A stretch of DNA of 59,727 nucleotides from a virus (Duplodnaviria; Caudoviricetes): positions 1 through 59,727 of the IMG/VR virus record IMGVR_UViG_3300010412_000015; one strand, written 5' to 3'. Position numbers and translations under genes: made by a program. How positions within the stretch are numbered: position 1 is the first letter of the stretch; every line of letters begins with the position of its first letter. Shown in pieces: positions 17,363 to 26,333 of this stretch. Under the pieces are notes generated by a model that did not search any database, was not told the origin of the DNA, and was given only the letters and a program-made list of their open reading frames with translations.

Positions 17363-18243
17363 GCTTTCTCCTCCGGAGGGTCGAACATCATCGGCGGGGC
17401 CGAGGCCCGGAAGCCGGCCGCGTGCCGGTGGCCACCGCCTCCCAGGGCCTTGGCGATGAGGGACACGTCCGCCACCTCGTCGGCCCGGTCCTTGTCCGAG
17501 CGCAGCGAGTAGATGAAGTTGCCGCTCTTGTTCATGAACCACATCACGGCGAAGTAGTGGTCCTTGGCGAGGGCGTTGCCGATCTCGGACTGCCAGTTAG
17601 GGGCGTTCACGCAGGGGACCAGGTGGCCCTCGATACGGGTGAAGCCGGGCTTGGCACAGATGCGCTTGATGAGGGCGTCGCGGTACTTCTGCATGGCCTT
17701 GCCCTCGCCCACCGTGGCGGCGAAGGACATGGGCTCTTTCAGCAGCTCGTGCATCCGGTCCCAGATGTGGAACTCGAACTCCAGGGTCTGGATGACGGTG
17801 GAAATCTCCTCGGACTGCGGAAGCTCCCAGCGCCAGAGGTCCCGGTCCTGGATGTACTCGACCAGGGCGGGCGGCGGGGTGCCGGGGTGGAAGTGCTCCC
17901 AGGCCAGCATGGCCCCGGACTTCTCCATGTTGAAGATGATGACCAGGTTTGGCGGCATGTCCTCCGCGACCTCTTGGAGGTCGGCCTGGGCGCTCTTGTG
18001 ATGGTCGAGCAAGACCACCTTCTCCTTGACCTGCTCGGCCAGGCCCGCGAGCGCCCCAGCCGAGAACGAGAAGTCGAGGATGTAGATGTTGTTGAACTCG
18101 GCCGCGTCCTTGGGCGGGTCCCAGTCGTGGTAGTACGGCCGGAACTCAGTTCCGTTCTCCTCGCCGCCAAGGGCCTTCCAGGCAGCCCAGGCAGCGGTGA
18201 ACCCGTCGGCGCAGTTCGCATGGTAGACGATCAGGTTCTTCAT
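17359..18243 (-). CDS. DHH/DHHA1 family phosphoesterase
   Basis: YHANCADG, LDFS, LDHH, DRDLWRW, SLRS, GGGGHRHAAGF. Confidence 0.9.
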   Translation of the reverse strand: MKNLIVYHANCADGFTAAWAAWKALGGEENGTEFRPYYHDWDPPKDAAEFNNIYILDFSFSAGALAGLAEQVKEKVVLLDHHKSAQADLQEVAEDMPPNLVIIFNMEKSGAMLAWEHFHPGTPPPALVEYIQDRDLWRWELPQSEEISTVIQTLEFEFHIWDRMHELLKEPMSFAATVGEGKAMQKYRDALIKRICAKPGFTRIEGHLVPCVNAPNWQSEIGNALAKDHYFAVMWFMNKSGNFIYSLRSDKDRADEVADVSLIAKALGGGGHRHAAGFRASAPPMMFDPPEEKA

Positions 18244-18244
18244 G

Positions 18245-18979
18245 TCAGACCTCAAGGACCTTCTGCCATTCGAACTCACGGTTCTCTTCATGGCGGGCGT
18301 ATCCGAATGGGTTGCAGACGACCCGGGTCGGGCCGAGCTGGTAGTCGAAGCTGGAGTGGGTGTGTCCGTGCAGCCAGAGCTTCGGACCACCGAAGTGGAT
18401 GATCTCGCTAACGTCGCACAGGAAGAAGCAGTTCAGGAGGCTGCCCTTGTACTGGGGCGCCACGGACTCCTCGGCGGGGAGGTAGTGCGTGACCACGATG
18501 TCGTCCGCCTTCACCGTCTCCCGAAGGAAGTCCATGTCCTCCTGATTCTCCTGGTAGACCCAGTGCTTGAAGCGCTGGATCTGGGAGAAGTCGTTCATCA
18601 TGTGCTCATAGAGCTTGTTGTGCTCCGAGAACTTGAACCAGAGTGGACAGCCCACGAACCGCTGGCCCTCGATGATCACCGTGGACCGGTTCAGCCAGTG
18701 GAAGTTGGCCCGCTGATCATCGAGATGCTGCAAGGCGGCCCGGACGAAGTTGACCTTCGCCCGGCCGTAGAACTCATGGTTTCCGAGCACATAGACGACG
18801 TGCTTGAAGTTGTTCGTGAGCATCTTGAGCGCGGGGATGAGCTGCTGCTCAGTCGCCAGGTCACCGGCCACCACAAGGACATCGACCTCCTTGGCTTTGG
18901 CCGACAGAGCCTCGATGAACGCAGCCCCACCGTCCTGGTGGAACTCCAAGTGACAATCGCTGACGACCTGGATCTTCAC
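18245..18979 (-). CDS. Calcineurin-like metallophosphoesterase
   Basis: SDCHLE, AGDL, GNHE, THYLP, HGHTH, CNPFGY. Confidence 0.9.
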   Translation of the reverse strand: MKIQVVSDCHLEFHQDGGAAFIEALSAKAKEVDVLVVAGDLATEQQLIPALKMLTNNFKHVVYVLGNHEFYGRAKVNFVRAALQHLDDQRANFHWLNRSTVIIEGQRFVGCPLWFKFSEHNKLYEHMMNDFSQIQRFKHWVYQENQEDMDFLRETVKADDIVVTHYLPAEESVAPQYKGSLLNCFFLCDVSEIIHFGGPKLWLHGHTHSSFDYQLGPTRVVCNPFGYARHEENREFEWQKVLEV

Positions 18980-19164
18980 CGCTTCTGCCTCTCCCATTCC
19001 TTGAGATCGCGCTCCAGCGTCGTGAAGCTGCGTCCGAAGCGGCGTGAAATCTGATGCTTTGGAACCCCGGCCTCGATGGCGGCCCGCAGTCGGCGGAACT
19101 GCGCGTCGGTCAGAGCGAGCTTGGTACTGTCAAGGCGTGCGCCAGAGTAGGTGGTCTTCATCAT
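18976..19164 (-). CDS. Small HTH protein
   Basis: GVPKHQISRRFGRSFTTLERDL; ATGA coupling to the ThiF gene. Confidence 0.6.
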   Translation of the reverse strand: MMKTTYSGARLDSTKLALTDAQFRRLRAAIEAGVPKHQISRRFGRSFTTLERDLKEWERQKR

Positions 19165-19889
19165 GCTGAACAGGTGCATCCCTCGCGGGATTCGATCTCG
19201 ATGGATTTGATGGTGTTCTTCCAGGCGTCAATGAGGTGGAACTGGCTAATACCCGGCTCAGGGGCGGACAACAACGCCTTGATGGCCTGGGTTGCCATGA
19301 GACAGCCAACCGTGCCGGCCGCCGCCCCGATGATGCCGGGCCTGGTTCCGGAGTGGATGACATCGCTGCCCGGCTCTTCCTCGAACACGCAGCGCAGGCA
19401 GGGGCCACCAGCCCCGGGGATGACCATCATCTGGCCACCGGTGCCTGTGCAGGCGCCGTGGATGAGAGGCACGTCCTCGGTCACAGCCACGGCCGAGATG
19501 AGGAACTTGGTAGCGAGCTTGTCCACGCAGTCGATCACGAGGTCGTTGTCTGCGAACTCGGCCCGCATGGCGGCCTCGTCCAGGAAGTCGGTGCCGGCCA
19601 GGACCTCGATCTCGGGGTTGAGGCGACGGGCGAACTGGGCCGCCGCAGACGCCTTGTCCATGTCGAGCTGGTCTGGCGCGAAGAGGGTCTGGCGGTTCAG
19701 GTTCGACAGCTCGACCTGATCGCCGTCCCAGAGCGTTAGACGACCGACCCCGGCCGCCGCCAGATATTGGATGACTGGGGCACCCAGGCCCCCGCAGCCG
19801 ATGATGCAGACCCGAGCTTCAGTGAGCCGGCTCTGGACCCCGCCAAGTTCGGGCAAGAGCCGGCTTTGGCGGCTGTATCGTTCGCTCAC
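19161..19889 (-). CDS. ThiF/MoeB family adenylyltransferase (E1-like)
   Basis: RYSRQ, GCGGLG, DGDQVELSNLNRQ, DCVD, PCLRC, C-terminal CTC. Confidence 0.9.
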   Translation of the reverse strand: MSERYSRQSRLLPELGGVQSRLTEARVCIIGCGGLGAPVIQYLAAAGVGRLTLWDGDQVELSNLNRQTLFAPDQLDMDKASAAAQFARRLNPEIEVLAGTDFLDEAAMRAEFADNDLVIDCVDKLATKFLISAVAVTEDVPLIHGACTGTGGQMMVIPGAGGPCLRCVFEEEPGSDVIHSGTRPGIIGAAAGTVGCLMATQAIKALLSAPEPGISQFHLIDAWKNTIKSIEIESREGCTCSA

Positions 19890-20212
19890 GCCGCCTCCAG
19901 CGCCAGCTCGGACAGGAGGAGCATCCCCAGCTCGCACTCCTTGTCGGTCAGCGAGCGGGTGTCGCCCTCCGGGGTGTACGCGGTGAGGACCACGTTACCC
20001 GCGATGGGGTAGCTCATGTCCCCGGGGTGGCGGATGTTGAACGGCAGCGAGCGGACGTGCCCCTCTTCGTTCACCACGATCGCCAGCTCGTGGTCCATGA
20101 AGACGTTTTCGATGTAGCCCTCGACCAAACCCTGGAACGTCTCCAGCTCCAGGTCTTTGACCTCGCGGACCTCGGGCGCCTTGCCCACTTCCTTGACCAC
20201 CACCTTCGGCAT
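19886..20212 (-). CDS. DUF3846-like small protein
   Basis: LETFQGLVEGYIE...VNEEG...LPFN...IAGNVVL...SLT; RBS GGAGG. Confidence 0.7.
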   Translation of the reverse strand: MPKVVVKEVGKAPEVREVKDLELETFQGLVEGYIENVFMDHELAIVVNEEGHVRSLPFNIRHPGDMSYPIAGNVVLTAYTPEGDTRSLTDKECELGMLLLSELALEAA

Positions 20213-20231
20213 GTTTCCTCCAATGCGAGGG

Positions 20232-20260
20232 AACATAGACAAAGGCTACGGGTTCGTCAA
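20232..20260 (-). promoter_or_regulatory. Sigma70-like promoter for the minus-strand operon 20212-16631
   Basis: TTGACG, 17-nt spacer, TATGTT on the minus strand. Confidence 0.6.
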
Positions 20261-20272
20261 GGGTGTTTGACG

Positions 20273-20824
20273 CTACCCAATGATACTTTTCAGGGGGTCC
20301 AGGCAGTGCTCCGCCCGCTGGTACAGGTCATCGAGGGTGCCGTCGTTGGTGATGACCCAATCCCAGCCGTCCCAGCCGTCGAGGGCGGTCTCTGATTCGT
20401 GCTGGTCGTTGCTCGGGAGCGACGGCCGATGAACCTTCCAGACCTGACCACCAGCTTCCCTCACGGCTTGGGCCTCGTTGGGGAAGCGAGTATCGGGGAC
20501 CACTACGGAGTACCCCTGGTCGAGCCACCCCTGAATCTGGCGCATGGCGCACTTGACCCAGAAGTCGCTCATCCACTGGTTCCGCATCAGGTTGGTACCG
20601 ATGTCCTGGTACGCCTTCCGGGGCGCGTACCCGAAGTACGGGTCCACCACCTCTTTCAGCTCGCCGTAGGCGTGGCGATCGTCCCAGCCATGCCACTCAT
20701 TGATACCGGCCTTCAGCCGCTCAGCCCAGCTCGTCTTCTTGAAGCCGTACTTCTCAACGAGATAGTCGGCGATCGTGTCCTTGCCGTGCTGTTTCTTGTG
20801 GCCGATACCAATGAGGACAGGCAT
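20273..20824 (-). CDS. Deoxynucleoside monophosphate kinase
   Basis: IGIGHKKQHGKDT P-loop, RKAYQDIGT, PDTRFPNE, HESE. Confidence 0.85.
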   Translation of the reverse strand: MPVLIGIGHKKQHGKDTIADYLVEKYGFKKTSWAERLKAGINEWHGWDDRHAYGELKEVVDPYFGYAPRKAYQDIGTNLMRNQWMSDFWVKCAMRQIQGWLDQGYSVVVPDTRFPNEAQAVREAGGQVWKVHRPSLPSNDQHESETALDGWDGWDWVITNDGTLDDLYQRAEHCLDPLKSIIG

Positions 20825-20850
20825 GTAGACCCCCCGATATAGTCGTGGGG

Positions 20851-21390
20851 TTAGGTACTCTGAATCGCCACGGAGGTCAATCCGCCGCCCGTGGCGAGGG
20901 TGCGAGTCTCTTCCGGTGGCACCTCCAGATGAGGCTTCTCGAACCGGCGCCGAGCCCGAGCCGACCGCCAGGCGTTGAGGCACAGATCGTCGCAGAACCT
21001 CTTGTCCTTCATGTGCGGCACGACCGTGAACTCATCGCAGCACCAGTCGCAGTAGCAGACCACCATCCGCTGCTCGCTCAGCTCCGCGTTGCGGCACTTC
21101 ACGCAGTCCCACTTGATGGACCCATCTTCGAGCAGATGGCCGCGCATCAGGTGGGAAGGCACGTTGGCCGCGTTGCAGCTCGGACAGGTCTTCGGCTTCC
21201 CTTCCTTCAAGACGACCTGCGCCACGAGCTTGTACTCGGGCTTCTTGTCGCTCTTCTTGTGGAACTTGCGGCGGCTGTTGGAGCACCGCTTGCACCACGA
21301 CGCGAGGCCGTCCTTACGGCTCTTCACCCGATAGAACGCCTCCGACGGCTTTGTTTGTTGACACTGCGGACATCGTTTCCGACCCTTCAT
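20851..21390 (-). CDS. Zn-finger protein
   Basis: KRCPQCQQTKPSEAFY...DGLASWCKRC (seen at N-termini of phage HNH/EndoVII-type proteins) plus more CxxC pairs. Confidence 0.6.
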   Translation of the reverse strand: MKGRKRCPQCQQTKPSEAFYRVKSRKDGLASWCKRCSNSRRKFHKKSDKKPEYKLVAQVVLKEGKPKTCPSCNAANVPSHLMRGHLLEDGSIKWDCVKCRNAELSEQRMVVCYCDWCCDEFTVVPHMKDKRFCDDLCLNAWRSARARRRFEKPHLEVPPEETRTLATGGGLTSVAIQST

Positions 21391-21763
21391 AGTTTCCCCC
21401 GTGCTGGTCAAGAACCTCCCACTTCATCACCCGACGGATCGGGTCGAATACCCCGGGAAGGGCCTCCTCCAGTACATCGATATGTCGCTTGTGCGACTCC
21501 AAACACATCTGGTTGATCTTTGAGACACGCTCCGTGACGAGAATGAGCTGCGCCGCTGTCTGCGGCTGGATGCAGTTTTTCCGGTAGGCCATCAACTCCT
21601 GGGCCATCTCTCGACCGAGATAGATGGAGGACACCACGATGGCCAGGCAGACGAAGACGACAGCCAGGCAGACCCCGGCGATCCGGCGCCAGAATCGAGT
21701 CTCCTGTTCCGCTAGCGCCTTCTCACGCCTGAGGACGGTGATGGGGTGCTCAACCATTGGCAT
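21314..21763 (-). CDS. Membrane protein
   Basis: One transmembrane segment IAGVCLAVVFVCLAIVVSSIYL. Confidence 0.55.
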   Translation of the reverse strand: MPMVEHPITVLRREKALAEQETRFWRRIAGVCLAVVFVCLAIVVSSIYLGREMAQELMAYRKNCIQPQTAAQLILVTERVSKINQMCLESHKRHIDVLEEALPGVFDPIRRVMKWEVLDQHGGNYEGSETMSAVSTNKAVGGVLSGEEP

Positions 21764-21920
21764 TCCCCTCGCCGAGGACTTTGTAGAGAGTGAGGTCGAT
21801 CGGGCGCGGCTCGTCGTTCGCCGACCGATGGTCCTCAAGAGCCTGACGCAAGGCGTCACGCTCCTGAGTCCTCTGTTGGACCAGCTCTCGTAGTGCTTGG
21901 ATTTCGTCGCGTTCGGTCAC
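21750..21920 (-). CDS. Small coiled-coil protein, 56 aa
   Basis: Manual translation MTERDEIQALRELVQQRTQERDALRQAL...; fills the gap between neighbours. Confidence 0.45.
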   Translation of the reverse strand: MTERDEIQALRELVQQRTQERDALRQALEDHRSANDEPRPIDLTLYKVLGEGNANG

Positions 21921-21922
21921 GT

Positions 21923-22159
21923 CTACCCCCGGCCTTCGCGTTTCCTTCTTCTTTCTTCGCGCTTCTTCGCGCGACGGCGTACATCCATAGCAGCCTCGGA
22001 AAGCTGCTCCCCTACCTCCGCCTGGATGGCGGCGAAGACCTCCCTGGGGTCGTCGCCGTCATCTAGTTCAGCGGTCGCGCCGGCTTCGATACGAACCGAC
22101 TCGAAGTCCCCTACATTCAACGTGGAGCTTCTTCTCCACGAGACAGTCGTTATCTTCAT
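21923..22159 (-). CDS. Small hypothetical protein
   Basis: 78-aa ORF; TLNVGDFESVRIEAG pattern seen in small phage proteins. Confidence 0.55.
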   Translation of the reverse strand: MKITTVSWRRSSTLNVGDFESVRIEAGATAELDDGDDPREVFAAIQAEVGEQLSEAAMDVRRRAKKREERRRKREGRG

Positions 22160-22265
22160 AGAGTGCCTGTGCGGCTATGGTTACACCCGACCCTGTGTAC
22201 CCCCGGATCGATTCCAGCGTCAAGCCGTTTTGACGATGCGCCGAGAAATAGTTGAATAGGCGCAT

Positions 22266-22300
22266 AGGCGATACTTCAAGTGTTACTTGAAGTATCGCCT
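22266..22300. repeat. Perfect 16-bp inverted repeat (terminator or operator)
   Basis: AGGCGATACTTCAAGT-GTT-ACTTGAAGTATCGCCT just downstream of thyX. Confidence 0.7.
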
Positions 22301-22332
22301 CAAGCTCCACATGAAGGTTCAAGCCCCAACAG

Positions 22333-23262
22333 CTAGATAAGCGGAGGCTTTTCGGTCTCGAAAATGGAGTAGGCCAAGTCTCTCCACCCCTTTTCCACAG
22401 CCGCCTGGTAATCGAAGGCCATGTTCTCGCCCACGAACTCCTTGCGGTGCTGCTTCCACCCCCGAAACGGACCTGAGCGCTCGGACGGGTCTTCAAGTGG
22501 GGTGGCCTGGTGCTCGAACGGGCTCATGTGCCCGGGCTCCAGGGGGTCGTCCCCGGCGAGGCCCGCCAGTAGTCGATGGTAGAGCTTGAGGTCCTCTTCC
22601 GGGCTCGGCTTCTTTCCCTCATGGGTACGGTAGCTCACCCGAGCGCAGCGGGCCGCCGAGAACTGCTTCAGCTCCTCCACCGTGAACTCGTCGAACTCCT
22701 CCGGGAGGATGTAGGGAAGGTGCCAGTCCCCCATCTCAAGTTGCTGGGGATTCGATCCGTAGTAAGCGTCAGCCATGCGCCAGGCCAGGGCGCGGAAGTG
22801 GGGCTCGGCCATCGGGTGGCAGCGCAGGGCGAAGGCGTTGTCGAAGTCGGTGGCGGTCAGCACCACGTTCATGTGCTGATGGGGCTCGGTCAGGCGGTTT
22901 GCGACCTGCTTGGCGGCGCCGCATAGCTCCATCATCTCTTCGGCGCACCGGACAGCGGTCCTGAGGGCGTTCATCCACAGGGATAGGACCACCTTCCGCT
23001 CTCTTGGGTCCGTGATTTGCGAGTGCGCCTGCATCCCCGACTCGTTCTTCCCGATGTGAAGGGGGAGGGCCGGGTCGTCCAAGATCCCTTTGTTCATTCG
23101 ACGAATGGGGATGGCCCTGCTGGAACTGGCGTTACGCGCGAAGGCGCGGTGCGTCATGATCTCGGCATGAATCCATCGGGGGTAGCAGAGGTGGAAGGTC
23201 GTGAGGCGAACGCCATTGGGCGCGATGGAGTCCGCGATGATCTCGGCGGAGAGGGTAGTCAT
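22333..23262 (-). CDS. thyX: FAD-dependent thymidylate synthase
   Basis: PRWIHAEIMTHRAFARNASSSRAIP, SAARCARVSY, HMSPFEHQA. Confidence 0.9.
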   Translation of the reverse strand: MTTLSAEIIADSIAPNGVRLTTFHLCYPRWIHAEIMTHRAFARNASSSRAIPIRRMNKGILDDPALPLHIGKNESGMQAHSQITDPRERKVVLSLWMNALRTAVRCAEEMMELCGAAKQVANRLTEPHQHMNVVLTATDFDNAFALRCHPMAEPHFRALAWRMADAYYGSNPQQLEMGDWHLPYILPEEFDEFTVEELKQFSAARCARVSYRTHEGKKPSPEEDLKLYHRLLAGLAGDDPLEPGHMSPFEHQATPLEDPSERSGPFRGWKQHRKEFVGENMAFDYQAAVEKGWRDLAYSIFETEKPPLI

Positions 23263-23346
23263 TCAGTCGTCCTGAGGAGGTGGTTGTAGACGTTCGGCAG
23301 GGGTGTATCCTACAGTACCCTTAGGCATGACAGTCAGGAAGCCACT

Positions 23347-25758
23347 ATGCGCCGAAAGAAAGTAGTCGCGAAGAAGAAGGCACCTTTTGCCTCATCTTCC
23401 ACTGATACCAAGAAGAAGGTGAATCGGAAGAAGAAGGCGGCTTCCAAGAAGACACAGAAGACACCAGAGAAGGTCGCCAATCAGGCCCCCGCAGTCAAGA
23501 CCGAGAGCAAGACAAAGGACAAGCACCTGTCTCGCTTCCAGGCCCTGCTGCCGGACATCGAGGGTCTGACCGAACGCATCATCCAGGCCGACCTGGATCA
23601 CACCCAGGCCATGGACGTGACCTCCAAGGCCGACGAGCTGGTGGACTGGGCACCGAACGCACTGAGCTGGTGCTCAGATAAGCGCTTTCTGGGCATGAAC
23701 CCCTTCGCCAAGCAATGCGAGATTCTCCTACACCTGTTTGAGGAGTGGTGCCCGCGCTGTTCCGACAACGACTACGTGAAGAGCATCCCGGTCAAAGACT
23801 CGTTCGAGCGGGTGATGTCCAAGGTCGCGCTCCTGGAGTTCGGGAAGTGCCCCCACTGCGGCTACACCAAGGGCCAAGGCCGCCGGGACGGCCACTTCAT
23901 CGACCCGGTGGAGCTGGTGGCCCCGGTCGGCCAGCGGTCAGGCAAGAGCGCGGTGACAGCTATGGCATCATCGTACCTCATCCATCGGAACCTGATGCTC
24001 CCGCTGCCCTGGCAGGAGTACGGGCTGCTCGGCGGCCAGATCCTCGACTTCACCTTCGTGGCCACCACGAAGCAACAGTCTGAGAAGACCCTCTGGGGTC
24101 AGTTCAAGGGCCTGTTCACTGGGTCCCAGTGGTTCAAGAGCTACAAAGAGGTCTGTGACCTTGAAGGCAAGAAGGCGGGCGCCCAGGTGACTGTGAAGTC
24201 GCTGGAGACCTACCTGCTCTTCGGACACAAGGGCATCTTGATCTACTTCGCGGCCAACGATCCTGCCGGCCTGCGCGGTTCGACTCGTTTCGGCTCGGCC
24301 ATCGACGAGCTGTCCTGGTTCGGGAACAAGGAAGGCGGCGTTCGCGCCAATGGCCCGGAGACCTATGCCGCCTTGAACAACTCCTGCCTGACGCTCCGCT
24401 CAGCGGTCCAGCATGAGATCAAGCGGAACCCCGAGACCAACTGGCCGATGCCGATGCTCTTCAACGTGTCGTCCCCGGTATCCATGGACGACCCCCTGAT
24501 GGTCCTCTACCGCGACTCGGCCGACAACCCCCGTGCCGTCCGCAAGCACTGGGCGACCTGGGAAGCGCACCCGACCAACACCAAGGAGTTCCTTGCTGAG
24601 ATCGGCGAGATGTCCAAGCCGATGTCGGACAGAGACTATGGCGCCCAGCCTCCGCTGGCGCACAACCCTCTGGTCCGCCGCACCGACATCGTGACCGAGG
24701 CGTTCAAAAGCCCGCTGGCGCTTGAGGAGCGCTACGGCCCCGTCATCCGCCCCTACGCTCTCGGCTTCATCGAAGAGAGGGAAGTCCAGGTCGGCATCCG
24801 GACCTCCATGATGCTGTCCGCTGGCCTTCAGGAAAACCTCCAGATGCCGGACTGGGGTTCCCTGAAAAGCCTCTCGGCAGCCGACCTGGAGACTCTTGGG
24901 CCGCGCAGGGCGCTGTTCGAGGACCTGGTGCAGCGTCCCCCTGACCAGCGGATGCACATCATGGGCGTAGACTTGGGGCACTCGAACAACGCCCTGGGCG
25001 TGGTCTGTGGCTTCCTCAGCTCCGCCGGACAGTTCATCACGGACTTCGTGTTGGAGGTGAAGCCTCACGATAGGCTCACCATCGATATCGCGGATGTCTT
25101 CAACAAGCTCATCCTGCCTCTGGTAGACCGCCTCAACGTGGTCGCGGTCTTCTACGACACCTGGTCCTCCCTACATCAGATCCAAGAGCTGTCGGCCAAG
25201 TTCGGCTCGCTGGGTCCGCTGAACGACAAGGCATCACGGCGGTCTTGGCTACATAAGCTGGCCAAGCGGAATGAGCGTCCTGCCTTCATCGCCGACAAGT
25301 ACAGCCTGAACATGGCGGATGCGCTGATGCTGGTGTCTCGATTGGAGCAAGGTGACTGCCTGTTCCCTGCCATGGAGGTCGGGTTCATGGACCTCATGGT
25401 CAACAAGAACCTCAACCCATCGGACTATCCCTACACGCACCTCGCCCTTCAGATGGCCACCATCAGGTCCTCCGGGAATCGGCTCCTCAAGCCCCTGAAC
25501 CGGGATGACGACATCTTCCGGGCCTGGGCGAACGCGGCAGTCCCCGCGTTCTCGAACGAGTTGGTCATTGACCTGCTGAATCAGGAGTACCGGGCGCAGC
25601 CTTCTCAGAAGAGGAACGCAAGCTCCTTTCACGTCTCCATGGGTCAGACAGGCAAGGGCATCAGACAAGTCGGAAACATGGGTGGAGGCACAGTCTCTAC
25701 AAGTGGGACTGCGGGTTTCCCCGTAGTTGTGCGCAAGGGCGGTACCCGAGGGCTATGA
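23347..25758 (+). CDS. Terminase large subunit
   Basis: Walker A VGQRSGKS, Walker B SAIDELSWF, coupling motif NVSSP, nuclease GVDLG and YDTW, late DDD. Confidence 0.85.
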   Translation: MRRKKVVAKKKAPFASSSTDTKKKVNRKKKAASKKTQKTPEKVANQAPAVKTESKTKDKHLSRFQALLPDIEGLTERIIQADLDHTQAMDVTSKADELVDWAPNALSWCSDKRFLGMNPFAKQCEILLHLFEEWCPRCSDNDYVKSIPVKDSFERVMSKVALLEFGKCPHCGYTKGQGRRDGHFIDPVELVAPVGQRSGKSAVTAMASSYLIHRNLMLPLPWQEYGLLGGQILDFTFVATTKQQSEKTLWGQFKGLFTGSQWFKSYKEVCDLEGKKAGAQVTVKSLETYLLFGHKGILIYFAANDPAGLRGSTRFGSAIDELSWFGNKEGGVRANGPETYAALNNSCLTLRSAVQHEIKRNPETNWPMPMLFNVSSPVSMDDPLMVLYRDSADNPRAVRKHWATWEAHPTNTKEFLAEIGEMSKPMSDRDYGAQPPLAHNPLVRRTDIVTEAFKSPLALEERYGPVIRPYALGFIEEREVQVGIRTSMMLSAGLQENLQMPDWGSLKSLSAADLETLGPRRALFEDLVQRPPDQRMHIMGVDLGHSNNALGVVCGFLSSAGQFITDFVLEVKPHDRLTIDIADVFNKLILPLVDRLNVVAVFYDTWSSLHQIQELSAKFGSLGPLNDKASRRSWLHKLAKRNERPAFIADKYSLNMADALMLVSRLEQGDCLFPAMEVGFMDLMVNKNLNPSDYPYTHLALQMATIRSSGNRLLKPLNRDDDIFRAWANAAVPAFSNELVIDLLNQEYRAQPSQKRNASSFHVSMGQTGKGIRQVGNMGGGTVSTSGTAGFPVVVRKGGTRGL

Positions 25759-26327
25759 GTGGCCTCAACGGGCAAGAGCTGAACGGAGCGGCTATGTCGG
25801 GCAAGATTACCGGAACATTCGACGAGATTTGGAACCAGGGGATGGAGGCAAACGCCAAGGCGCTCGGCGTCCGCGATGGCGATCTCCCCAAGGTCCGGGC
25901 CAAGGTCAAGAACCTCTTCATCTCTGCCGGGTGGGCGTCTCCCGAGGGCGACGTGGAGTTCGTGAGCCAGCTCGACGCGGCCAACGCCCTTCAAGCGGCT
26001 CGGAAGGAGCTGTCGCGGGTGGCGGAGCGGGTGGCGCATGAGGGCAAGGTCGTCCGGGCGACGGCCGGCACTACGCCCACCAAGAGCCAGGTCCTCTCGG
26101 CCTCGGCTGGGTCAGACCCGACCGGTCCTACCACCGCAACCATCCACACCTCGCACACCATCGAGGCCGGCGCCTTTGCCCCCAAGATGGGCAAGGTCGG
26201 TGACCGTTGCCCGCGCTGCATGGGCTCGATGGAGCCTGTGGGATTGGCCAACGGCAAGGGGGCAATCTACTGTACCCGGGATCGGGTCGTGGTTCCCCTT
26301 TCACAAGACACCCAGGTGCGGTACTAA
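25755..26327 (+). CDS. Hypothetical protein with a C-terminal Zn ribbon
   Basis: CPRCMGSM...IYCTRDRV; coupled to terminase. Confidence 0.6.
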   Translation: MSGLNGQELNGAAMSGKITGTFDEIWNQGMEANAKALGVRDGDLPKVRAKVKNLFISAGWASPEGDVEFVSQLDAANALQAARKELSRVAERVAHEGKVVRATAGTTPTKSQVLSASAGSDPTGPTTATIHTSHTIEAGAFAPKMGKVGDRCPRCMGSMEPVGLANGKGAIYCTRDRVVVPLSQDTQVRY

Positions 26328-26333
26328 CGCACC

